From Squalus acanthias (taxonomy: Eukaryota), in NCBI GenBank assembly GCA_030390025.1, contig CM059432.1, forward strand, positions 86,802,001 through 86,866,000: DNA of 64,000 nt. Reading direction: 5' to 3'. How positions within the stretch are numbered: the stretch's first letter is position 1; every line of letters starts with the position of its first letter. Made by a program: the position numbers and the translations under genes. Shown piece after piece: positions 1-12,024 of this stretch. The notes below the pieces were generated by a model. The model was not told where the DNA came from. It searched no databases and was given only the letters and a program-made list of their open reading frames with translations.

Positions 1-175
1 TTAATCCATTTAATAATAGATTACATAGGTGGTTGGAGGAAAGGAGAACAAAGGGTTATAAGAATAGAGTGGGCACATGGGATTAGGACCACTGCTTGTA
101 TGGAGGATATACATTAACGTTACTGGTTGAGCCAAACGGCCTGTCTCCATGTTGTAATTTCTATGTAATTTTATG
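1..175 (+). mobile_element. Degraded CR1 LINE 3' end
   Basis: CR1-type 3'UTR (gccaaacggcctgtctcc) and an 8-mer-like tail ttctatgtaattttatg. Confidence 0.6.
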
Positions 176-179
176 ACCT

Positions 180-290
180 AGTTTTTCCTACATTACAACA
201 GTGGTTACACTTCAAAAGCACTTCATCGTCTGTGAAACACTTTGGGGCATCCTGAGGTTGTGAAAGGCACTATATAAATGCATTTGTTCT
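180..290 (+). mobile_element. 3' tail fragment of the Deu-domain tRNA SINE
   Basis: cctacattacaacagtggttacacttcaaaag...gaaaggcactatataaatgca is the reverse complement of the tail of the full copy at 40961-41416. Confidence 0.7.
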
Positions 291-1034
291 TTGTTCTTCT
301 ATGCTTGCACTAAGCCAGTACCAAAATTTTGTTTCAAATAACAGACAGGACTAATTTTCTCTTTCACAAATTGTCTCTCCCAGTTTTCTCTCCTGTCCAC
401 CCTTTTAAGCATTGACCAATTGCCAGGGTACAGTTGCATAGGTGGTAGTTACTGTTTGGTCTTCACCCAGGTGGCCATCTGTAAACCTTGGTAGTGAGTG
501 TTGACTTTTGTTAATATTTGGTTTTAAAGGACTTAGATATCCTGAACATACATTTATGGATTAAAATAAACCTAACCGCTGTCTATTCACTATTTGTTTT
601 GCAAGGCAATGTGCTCCGTCTGAGAAGTTATCTTATGGTGACGATTGATTTCAGAAAGTAATTTAAAACTACTGTAAACGAAGTTAGAGATTATATTGTT
701 GTAAAAGTAACCATCATTCTTTAGAGTTGCATTAAAAAGAACAGCAAGAGTTTTGATGAGGTTTTGGCAGTAATTATGTAAATTTTATATATCTCTTGCC
801 AAATCTTCATCACGTGTTGTGTAAATATTATGTGCAATTCATGCCAGGGTACAATTCCACTGGCACCAGCAGCTGCCTGGGACCTCACGTAAGTGGACTG
901 CACATACAATACAATGCCTGCTGAAGAACTGCTCTGTGGCTTCACACCACCCCCAAACTCCAGTAGTTAAGCAATGATTATTTTGCAGGGATACTGGACA
1001 TGGAAATTTCAGAAATGTACATGTAAAACGGTGC

Positions 1035-1745
1035 ATAGAATTATATAGAATATACAGCAGAAAAACAGGCCATTTGGCCTAACTGGTCTCCACACGAGCC
1101 TCCTCCCACTCTAATTACCTCTGCTCACTCTGCTTCGTATCCCTCTATTCTCTTCTCCCTCATGTATGCATCAGGCCTCCCTTAAATGTATCAATGTTAT
1201 CATGTGACAGCGAGTTCCACATTCTCACTACAGTCTGTAAAGAAATTCCTCCTAAATTCTTTATTTGATCTGTTAATGGCTATCATATATTTATGCAACC
1301 TTGTTCTGGACTCACCCACAAGTGAACAGTTTCTCCACCTCCAACCTATGAAACCCCTTCATAATTTTAAAGACCTCTATGAAGTCTCCTCTTTTCAAGA
1401 GAAAAGAACCCTAGCCTGCTCAATCTTTCCTCTTCGTTGCATCCTCTCAATTCTGGCAACATCCTTGTAAATCTTTTCTGTACTTTTTCCAGTACTTCAA
1501 TATCCTTTTTGTAATAGAGACCAGAACTGCACACAGTACTCCAAATATGGTCTAACCAGTGTTCTATAAACATTTACCTTTGTGCTTTTATATTCTATTC
1601 CACTAAAAATAAACCCCAGTACTTTGTTTACACTCTTCATGGCCTTATCAACTTATGTTGCTACTTTTAGCGATTTATGTATCTGTATTCTCATAGCTCT
1701 GGGCTCCTCAACCCCATTTAGTTTCCTACCTTCCAAGGAATAAGT
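1035..1745 (-). mobile_element. Degraded CR1 LINE (RT C-terminus + 3'UTR)
   Basis: ORF 1367-1573(-) [30 protein letters not shown] is CR1 ORF2 C-terminal sequence; tail repeat at about 1035. Confidence 0.85.
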
Positions 1746-1994
1746 GGCCTCCTTATATAGCCTAATAAATAGAAGTCTAGATTACAGTTTTTACAGATTT
1801 TGTCTTTTGGCACATTCTTTCTCAGCCTATCCTTGGTGTTATGATCATTTTCTTTTAAACATGTTTCTTTTTATTGTTTTCCTGAAGTTGGTGACTCCTG
1901 CTGGAGTGAGGTTCCTGGGCACACCCAAACCTTGCTCAAATGCCCATTTTCATACATGATCCCAGACAACAAGAGTTGGGAAGTCGTTTGACAA

Positions 1995-2262
1995 TGGGAA
2001 TATCACAGCTGAGCCCATTCCCGTCAGATGAGTACTTACGCATACTATCCAGTCACCGGATAGTAATGAGGCGAGAAAGCCTAGTTGATTTTTTTGCCCA
2101 CCCTAGTCCAGTGGTATTGAGGACAATTGTAGTACTCCAACAACCACTCAACCTGAGACGAGCTAACTCAGCACAGATAGGGGTTGGAGCCTATCTTTCC
2201 TGGTTTGTATAGCTCTTACCACACTTGGCAGTTTAGTTAACCACTGAACCAATTAGGGTTCC
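1995..2262 (-). mobile_element. Ancient tRNA-derived SINE, degraded (family name uncertain, AmnSINE2-like by recollection)
   Basis: Minus strand has ..ccaggaaag..tctgtgctgagttagct.., a motif that recurs at about 5100-5450(-), 10380-10650(-), 16200-16580(-), 19245-19520(+), 33210-33520(-) and 34210-34890(-). Confidence 0.6.
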
Positions 2263-3534
2263 TTCAGTTGCTTTTTTTTCTCTTTAGTTTTTACAATACT
2301 CCTATAATTGGAGAGTTCTTAGCCTATCTATGCAGGACCTATTAGTTCCATTTTTACTTCTCTTCACCACTGCATCTTTCCGGACTGGATCAGGATTAAA
2401 TGTTCTGATCATTATGAAGGAATGAATAAAAGACTTAAAAGCTCTCATTACTTCTGAATAGGACAAACTCCTTGAGCTCTAGCAGCCCACTGAGCTTTAT
2501 ATATTTTGGAATTATTTGTGAAATAGTGGAAATATGAACACCTTTTTGCCCTAATAATTCTTTAATAGTATTGAACATACAATATTTTGAAATGTATCAT
2601 ATTTTACCCCTGCTTGCATCTAGAGTTCCCACCATTTGCCAAGTGGAATAACATACATAGGTAGGATTGTAGTGGGGGGTGTTGCCAAGGGTGGAACTTT
2701 GGCTTGAGCTCTGACAGTCTCTTTGCTCCTGACAAAAACTCAGTAAAAATCCCAGTTACTTTAATTATTAATGCCTCCACATCACAAGACATAAAATCAA
2801 GCAGATAACTTGTGTCTCTGAAGGAGTCGACATGCTAATATATTGATTAGGACAGGCTGCTGGAAGGAGGCTACTTGCTTTTGATCAGAAATAAATCAAT
2901 TGCTCAGATATGAATGGAACGTGTCAAATATCCATCATGGGCAAATTTGTCAATGTAACATTTTGTAGTCCTCATCAACACCTGCTAGTGATCATTTTCA
3001 TGCTTTCACATTTATTCGTTGTAAAGATTGCTGGTTTTGTTCAGTTAATTATCTTTATCTGATTGACTAACCTCCACACAAAATGACAATTTTGAGAGTG
3101 ATTTGAGTATAAAAAATGTCTACATTGTGTGTGGTGGCAGTTCAATTTATTTCACTGTGGCACAGAGGTAAATCAGGCTCTGTAAGTTTTTTTTTTGGTT
3201 TTTTTTTTTACACAATTTATTTTGCTTTTGCTAAGAAATAAGATTACTTATTTTCTTCCTGTAAAGTGCTTCATCTCAAGTTCTGTAAGAATTCAAAAGA
3301 TCCTGTCTGACTGGTTTGATTAATTCCTTGTGAACTTTCCAGACTGGACACCTCAACTATATTGCTTACTTTTGTGACTAATTCTATTTTTGAATAAACC
3401 AGTAACAAATAGTGGCTGGCACCATTCATCTTGTCCATCTTCTGAAATGACATGAGATGTACTAAAAAGTTATATATTATCCAGGAACAAGTTTTCAATA
3501 AAGGGAAGAACGCTAATTCCCATTTACGAATGCA

Positions 3535-3960
3535 CAAGAACATATGCAAACAAGGAAAAGTCCAGCTGATACATCGAACCTATCCCATACAACTTATTTA
3601 CACCATTACCCCAGTCCACACCTCACCCCCGCCAACCAGTCACGCAATCGCTGGGACAGACAGAAAAGAGAGAAAAAACCTTAGGCCAATTTAGGAAAAG
3701 AAAACTCCAGGAAATTCTTCACTGACCCATGAAGGCAATCAAACAAGTTCTAGGAGACCATGGTAACTGGGAGACATATTTCCAATACCCACCTACCTCT
3801 ATAACGTTATGTCGGCCATACTCAGGAACTAGTCCAGCTCCCTTTTGGATATCTGCAGCAAATATGCACTCACTACAAGAGCTGGTAACTTGATCCAGAA
3901 GTTGATGCCTCTTGGGAAAAAAGTACCTCCTGACATCTGACGTAGTTCTATGCTTACGTG
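3535..3960 (-). mobile_element. Old CR1-like LINE 3' end
   Basis: ORF 3829-4050(-) FFPRGINFWIKLPALVV...ISKRELD resembles the CR1 C-terminal motif FFTQRVVNLWNSLP..FKRELD. Confidence 0.6.
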
Positions 3961-5619
3961 ACTTGTACTTAAAGTTGGTTTTAGATCATAGCAACCACGG
4001 GTTTTTCTACAGAAGTTGCCTTTTATAGTGAGAATAAAAGAGTATCCCAAATTGGCTTATGAGTATAAGATATAGGAATCTTAGGTCATATGCTTTTAAG
4101 TTTTAGCTTTTGCTGATTGGCCTTTAACCTTTTGCAGAGGATCTCACTGTACAACTGAGTCAAACAAAATCCACCAATCCGAGGTCTGGATCCAAACTTT
4201 TTTTGCTCTGTTCAAGCGGACAGTTCTTCATAGAACAAATTTTGTAAAGTTGGGATTAGTCCAACTTACCTTGTAGAGCTGTATAGCACTGTCATGTGAA
4301 ATACTCTTGGGAGTTTTGTTCATGGCACTGGGTGGCTGGAATCAGGTACTAAAACAGCAAAAACAAAAAAACAGTTCATGTATTTGATGAAAATTAGTAA
4401 AAAGGAGGAAAGTTTAAAAAGGAGCCTCCCCCTCAAATTATTTTGTTTAAACAATGTACCTTAGATCTATAATATTTATTTTTCTCAATATCTGGCAACA
4501 GCTGCTGGAAAATGCTCATATGTGGATACCAAATGAAAACAGGATTGGGCTTGGTTGTTTTGTCCCCAGTTGAATTTCCTGCCAGTAGCAACTATTTAGG
4601 TTTACAAAGGAAGAACAGCTACTCTGGTACTAGACAGCTGTGAAACTGTAACATACCATGGGCCAGCAACTTAAATGAGAAGAAATTTGAGGGGGTTTTG
4701 GGGGGGGGGAAAGATTTTGATCTAATTGTTTTTTGGGTACATAATAGTAGGGCTTACTGCTAGTGGAAAACTTCCCCCATTCCCAAATGTCTGACAGCTC
4801 AAAAGGGAGCTGCTAGAGAACAATCAGGAGATTCCCAAGGAGAAATTTGTATAGCTGCAGCAATTCCATGGAACAGCAGCAAGATTACTGGGAACAACTG
4901 GAGGTTTGCGGAAAGGAAAATGCAACTAAGAGTGTGTGTGTATGTTTATAAGATAAGCCGTACTTATTCTTCCTTTAATTAGTGGGTCTTATCAGATATA
5001 TAGAATGGACTCATTTGTCAGCATACTACCTGAGAGATTCAAGACTAGCTCAGCTACACTTAGCCCTCATGGAGCGAACTCATTCTTAACCACCAAGGTT
5101 AAAATAAAACAGTAACAGCCATGTCCAGCTTTATAATCTTATTTACATCTCATCAAGTGGCTATTCTGGATGGATCAACCTAGACAGTGATCTTTGCCAG
5201 ACTATTCAATAGGGGGGGCAACACTCTTTACACATACACAGTCCAGCAGGAAATACTTGATAATAAACAGCAGGTACCTTGGCTAATTTTTCCTTCCTAG
5301 TCCAGGGGTACTGAAGCCAATTATTGTGACCTGTATTGATTCTAGCAGTGCTTAGCTAGCGTAGTATGGAGTAAGGATCAGACTAGGAACCTTATTAATC
5401 TATATGCCTCAGTTCCACACTGGGTGGTGCACCGAGTAAATGAGGCCAAGGCGTTGCACACCACTTTCCTACGTTTATCAAGGTATCCATTGTATATCAA
5501 ATATTGAATGAGATTTTTAAATATTGATGAAAAGGTTTATATAACATGCATCTATACAGCACCTTTAATGTAGATAATGGTCCCACGGTGCTTCACAGAG
5601 GTAATAATAAAAATGATTA

Positions 5620-7955
5620 CATGATGACAGAAACATGGCTGCAAACAGGACAGAATAGGCAGTTGAATATTGCAGCTATAATGTATTTAGAAATGATAGG
5701 GAATGAAGAAGAGGTGGTGGGGTAGAAATAACAATGGCAGTAGCAAGAAAAGACATAACTTAAAAATAAAATAGAAATGGAATCTCTGGATTGAGATAAA
5801 GGATAGAAAGGGATCAGTCATAGTATTAGGGATATACTACAGATCAAATAATGGAAAGGAAATGGAGAAATATATAGACAAATATATGAAATGAGTTTTA
5901 AAAAAAAATCAATCATGGGGGATTTCAACATTCCCAAATAAATTGGCAGGGAGGGGGACTGAAAGGGGAGAATGGAATGGAGTTTTTACAGTGTGTATAA
6001 GACTCCTTTCTGATCAGTATGTAAGAAGTCCAACAAGGGAGCAAGCACTGCTAGATCTTGCACTGGGAAATAAACCAGAGCAGGTAAGATTAGTAAGTGT
6101 GAGAGAACATTTATCGCATTTAAAAAGTACTTGGATATGCACTTGAAGCGCTGTAACCTACAGGGCTACGGACCAAGAGCTGGAAAGTGGGATTAGGCTG
6201 GAGAGCATTTTTTGGCTGGCACAGACACGATGGGCTGAATAGCCTCCTTCTGTGTTGTAGATTTCTAAGATTCTATGAACATCCAGGGAGTGGCAATCCC
6301 AATATAAGATTTAAAATAATGATTGAGAAATATATATAGTACAAAGACCAAAGTAATATATTGGGGGAAAAAGCCAACTATGAGGGAATGAGGATGGAGC
6401 TAAGGAAGGTAAACTGGAGAAAAATATTGACAGATAGAGAGGCAGAACAACAGTGGGCAATATTTAAAGGAGAGATCAACAGAGTTCAAAAGAAATATGT
6501 TCCACTAAAAATAAGAATAAACTAGCTAAGAATGAGATGCTATGAATAAATAAAGAGGTGGGCATAAAATTGAATCTAAACAAAAAGGCATATACAAAGT
6601 ACATAAACAATAAAGAGGATGACAAAAGGGAAAGAGGTTAAAAAGACAATTAGGAAGGGAGAAAATATGAAATGAAAATATCAGAGTATAAAAATAAAGT
6701 ATTCTATAAGCACATAACAAAAGGAGAATTGAGATAGGGATAGAGCCACAAAGGGATGAGCAAGATAAACCTCACAGGAAATGATATTTAAATGGCAGTA
6801 GTGAATAGATACTTTGCCTCAGTTTTCACTGAAGAGGCATGGCTTCATAAAAGGAAGGTCATTTTTAACCAACCTTATTGATTTCTTTGAAGGAGCAACA
6901 TAAAGAGTAGGCAAGGGTAATTCAGTGGATGTGGTGTACATGGACTTTCAGCAGATCTTCGATAAGGTGCCACCTAAGAGACACATGACAAAAGTCATAT
7001 AGGAGTTTAGGGAAGTTTCTCAGACTGGCAGAAAGTGGGAAGTGGTGTCCCGCAAGGATCCTTGCTGGGACCACCGTTGTTCAGGTCTAACATAAATGAT
7101 TTGAAGTGATGGGGGGGCGGGGGGGTGAATTATAGGTAATAACGTTGGGGGTGGTATAGCTAATAATGTGGAAGACTGCACCAAAATACAAGAAAACATA
7201 AATAGGCTTGCAAAGTGGGTTGAGAAATGTCAAATGGAATTGAATATAGTGAAGTGTGAGGTGATTCATTTTGGTAGGAAGAATAAGGAGGGCACTTATT
7301 CCTTGGGAGGTAAGAAACTAAATGGGTTTGAGGAGCAAAAAGATCTGGGAATTCGGATACATAAATTGCTAAAAGTAACACAAGTTGATAAGGTCTTGAC
7401 GAGTGCAAGCAAAATACTGCGGTTCATTTCTAGAGGAATAGAATACAAAAGCAGGGAGGTAATAAATTTGTATAGAACCCTGATAAAACAATACTTGGAG
7501 CACTGTGTGTAATTCTGATCTCCATACTTCAAAGATATTGAAGCACTGGAGAAAGTGCAGAAAAGATTAACAAGGATGCCAGAATTGAGAGGGTATATCA
7601 TCAGGAAAGATTGAGCAGGCTGGGTGAATATGGAGAAACTTGTCAGTATGTACAGAACAAGAGGGCATAAATGCAAGACTGTCAACTAACAGATCAAATA
7701 AACGTTTAGGAGGAATTCCTTTATACAAAGATTGGTGAGAATGCAGAACTTGCTACCACATGGCAGTGGCTGAAGCAGATAGCAATTATGCATTTAAGGG
7801 GATGCTTGATGCATACGTAAGGAAGAAGTGAAGAGTGATATAGGGAGGTAGGGTGGAAAGAGGTCATTATAGTGGGAGGAGGCTTGTGTGGACTATAAAC
7901 ACCAGCATACATCAGTTGCGCTGAACAGCCTGTTTCTGCGCTGAAGATTCTATGT
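5620..7955 (+). mobile_element. Degraded CR1 ORF2 (endonuclease to RT to 3'UTR) with a short nested CR1 3' end at about 6111-6276
   Basis: GDFN and LLDL endonuclease motifs; ORF 7168-7512 KCEVIHFGRKN...LYRTLIKQYLEHCV. The nested piece is flanked by GAACAT at 6105-6110 and 6277-6282. Confidence 0.85.
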
Positions 7956-7959
7956 AGCT

Positions 7960-8306
7960 GGGCTGAGGTTGGAGTGTGATCAGGCGATGTTACAGAGGTT
8001 GATGACTGCCATAGATTTGGGGGGGGGGGGGCGCGCGGGGCGCGGGCGACAACATGTTTAAGGACGCTGGAGAGGAAAGAAGATTGGAGATGGGGTGGTA
8101 GTTTGCAAAGACAGAGGGGCAGTGTTTTTTTTTTGAGGAAGAGGAAATGATGGTTTACCTGAGGAGACAATGTCAGCTAGCATGGGGGCCAGGAAGGGAA
8201 TTTGGGCAGTCAGCAGTTTAGTGGGAATGGGATCGAGAGCAGGAGATGGGTGTCATGGATGAGCTGAGCCTGGAGGGAAACTAGAGATATTTGCCAGTTT
8301 AGGGCT

Positions 8307-8337
<31 letters not shown>

Positions 8338-8720
8338 GGTTTGGTTTGGTGGGCATGGGGAAGGGAAGGAAACAACAGAGGCAGCTGAATACATGGTTTT
8401 GATCTTAGCAACAAAGAATTCAATGAGCTGCCCCATGTGTTGTTGGAAGTGAGGGTGAAGCAAGGTCGAGGGAGTAGCTGTGAATATGGGTGTTGATGAG
8501 ATGGAGAGATTTAGGGAGGACAGGAAGACAGTAAATTCAGAGAGAGGACAAAGGGAGCGGAGATGGAGATTGAAATCACCAAGGATGAGGCGGCGCTCAG
8601 TGCAGAGGCTGAGGGAAGACCCCGGTGCGAAACTTGGGGTGGGCGGTAGAGAATGAGGATTTTAAAGGAGAAGCAAGAGAGGTGGAATAAGGTGGTGTTC
8701 AAAAGGAGAAGGTGCCAAGG
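7960..8720 (-). mobile_element. Degraded L2-like LINE fragment containing G homopolymers
   Basis: Purine-rich plus strand. ORF 8511-8780(-) FKILILYRPP resembles an APE endonuclease. G30 run at 8307-8336. Confidence 0.55.
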
Positions 8721-11700
8721 GAGATGGGGAAGAGCCCAAAGCAAGCAGAATATTTGCTGATGAACAGAATTAAAAATCAAATATTTTTAATTCCAAGTGT
8801 AGGTTTTGATTCCTTCTCGGTCTCATTTGTTAAACATTTCAGCCCATCCATTCATTTCTCCACAGCCAATAAAATGTTCAGAATGTACCTTTACGCTAAT
8901 TTCAAATTCTGCTGTTAATTTCTGTAGTCAAGTCTTCTCTTCAGTCAAGTATCGATGAAAATATCCCTCCATTTAGGTTTACTCCAAAACCTCAATTTCC
9001 TTTAACTTGGCCCTCCTTATTTATACTTTTCAATCATGCCCCCTTCTGAAGTTATTCTTTCCCTCCTGTGAATCTTCAATACTTTGATGTCTTTTCACCT
9101 TATTTTCCCCAGCGGAATCAATAATACCAAGTCCTTGGCGTGTTCCATCTTCAGCATTGCTGCTCTCTGACTGCTTTTCTTTGCTCCACGAGCTTGCTCC
9201 AAGGACTCTTTCCACCTTGCCTAGGTTCCAATTTCAGATGTTCCATTGATGTCTTAATTTAGGTCAATCTTCCATTTCTGACTTCCCTTGGAAAGTCATG
9301 TTTGACAGATACAACCCATTTTTTCTCCAAACACAGCTCTTTAGGAAACTTAAAAGTTAGTAACAATTTGCCTTTCTTAAGTTAGGTGTGTTGTATTTAC
9401 AAAACAACAACAAAAAATTTCAATTAAGTAATTCAATATTGTCTATTGCAGTAGGGCAGATCGGAACACAACAGCAAACATTGGTTGGCCCTCAGTCTGA
9501 AATATCAATTAAGGCATTATTATACTGCAGGTGTATTGCTTATAGCAATGAAGAGCTAGAATGCTAGGTTATACTGTTGGCTCTGCATTGCTCTCAAAGT
9601 GCACAGCTCTGACCAAACATACTTGTACACATGCAGAACTCCAGTCACTAGCATCCAAATGCCAGTTAAGAGTTTTAGTGTTACTGAAAACTGACAAGGC
9701 AGTTAAGTTTTCTGCTAATGCTAAAAAGTATATAAAGTGGTTTAGTATATAAAATGAAGTTTTAAGAAATCAAACCTGCAATCTTGTTGCAATATCTGAT
9801 ACAAAGTGAGCTTTAATTAGTGCAAAGCCAAAACAGTGAGAAACTACTTCCTTGAGCTGTCACACCACTTGCCAGAATTAAATTCAGCTTGGTGACTTTA
9901 TTCCTAGTTATACTGCCGTTTTTGCATCAGCGAGCTACATCACATCGAGTTCTCAACAAACAGCACAAGACGACAGGTACAGATAAGATTTTAATGTTAA
10001 CTTTTATTATTTTAAAACAACTATGTTGAATGTCATTGTCCTTGCATAAGAAATAAACTAAAATTTATTTAGGGAACACAATTTCTATAAGATTATGAAA
10101 ACTGCCCCAATAGATTGGTGGTGAAAATGACCAGTAACAGTTATAAAATATACAGGTGATCAGACATTATTGTTCCCAGAAGAGATTCCCATGACTGTGC
10201 ATTACATTTCTTATTTCCACCAAGTAAAAACAGCAAATATCACATTTACAGAAATGACAGCATAAAAGGTAAACCCAAATTAGAGGAAACATCGAGAAAT
10301 ATGCAGGAACCAGAAAATGTAGTAATACAATCGAGGGTATCTCTTCCCTGCCCCAAATTCTCTCTTGTCCTGCGGGGTATAGTTCTACGGTTCCTGATTT
10401 TGGGGGCCATCTCAGCCAAGCCCCTTCCTGTCCTCATCCAAAATCCACACGTAGTATTCAGCAGGAGCAACTGGTTTGGGAGCTGGTGCAGGCTATTTAT
10501 CCCCCACCCCTCGAGCACTTAATCTAATTATAACATCTCCCCTGCAATCCTAGCCGAGATCGGCTAACTCAGCACAGAATGGGGATGGAACCTGTTAACT
10601 TCCCAGTCTGTATGGCTCAGTTCCACACCAGGCACTGCCTTTACCAACAGTTACATCAGAATATTTAAGTTAAAAAAAACATTTGTAATGCATTTTCATC
10701 CTAGTGCTGCTGATTACAGTGACCTTTGCAGGAGATCCAAATGTACTTTGGGAACAGTGTATTGAGGTATGTTTGGGCAGCTAGTTTGCACATGAAATGG
10801 TTTCAACTACCTGAATGCTCACATAGAACATTAAAAACTGCACTTTTAGAATTTTGTGGAAATAGCTTTGTCAATGGAAAAGTTTGAGTTGAGTAGGTGG
10901 TAAAGTTACTAGTCCATGTGGGAGGATCACTCTGCTAATTTAGCAATGGAGAATATATTATCAAAATTACTTAATGTTTGAGGGCATGTCAGCATTTTTC
11001 TTCTCTTCTGAAGTCAATGACTCATCCTAAAATAGTGTTCATGAACAACCTTCTGCTGCTTAAAATTCCATTTTAAACTTACCTGGTGGGCTATTTACCA
11101 CTGAAACATCATAGCTGAGCCTAATCTGGCCTTCATTTGAGGATGTCACACACACCTCTCCATTAGGGATCACTGGATAGCAAACAGAAACAGGAATCCT
11201 GGCTGACTTTTAACCTCACCCTAACCTGGAGATGCTGACATACATACATATATATGACGATTTGAAGAATGATGACAAGAAATTAAAAATGTAAATAAAT
11301 CTACAAGACAAATAAGATACAGGGTCTGAAGAACTCAAAGTAGGGAAAACAAAATCAAGGCCAGAGATAGCAAGGATGTACCTACATATCCTTAAATTAA
11401 GTTAGGGAAACGCTACTCATCTCAAAATTGCTTATATTGTAACAATCTCTCACTTTCTACACCTCCTTACATCGACGGAACTAACTAAGCAACATCATCA
11501 CAAATTAACACAATATTGTAGTTAAAACTAAACCAACCAGAATTTGCATAGCAAGTTTCAAGGGTCAGGCTTCTGTTCTAGATAAAGTATCACATTCTGA
11601 TTTTCACAAGCTTCTTAGCATTAGGTAATTTAAAGACAGCATAAACTGTAGTCTGGCACCAACACCGCACTATTCAGAACTTATTAGAATTAAAGTAGCT

Positions 11701-12024
11701 CATACACAGACGCAACTTAAAAGTCAGTACACAATATCTTAGTAGGTACCTTACTCAGCAAAAAGCAGTCCATCAAATTTTTCAATACTAGGCGAGGAAG
11801 AACTGAGCAAAATTAATAAAAGATCTCTGAAGAACTGCAAGGTTTCTGTATGATAAAGAACATTCTACATGCAAAGGTCTGCTCACAGCATACTAAGAAA
11901 TTCCCTTTTGATGAAGTCTTCACTACAAAGTTGTGGAAAATGTGTTCAGAAGTGAAAACAATGCTTAAAGGATCCTTTGCAGAATACTGTAGTTATTCAG
12001 AATTAAATGCTGTTATTTAAGTGC

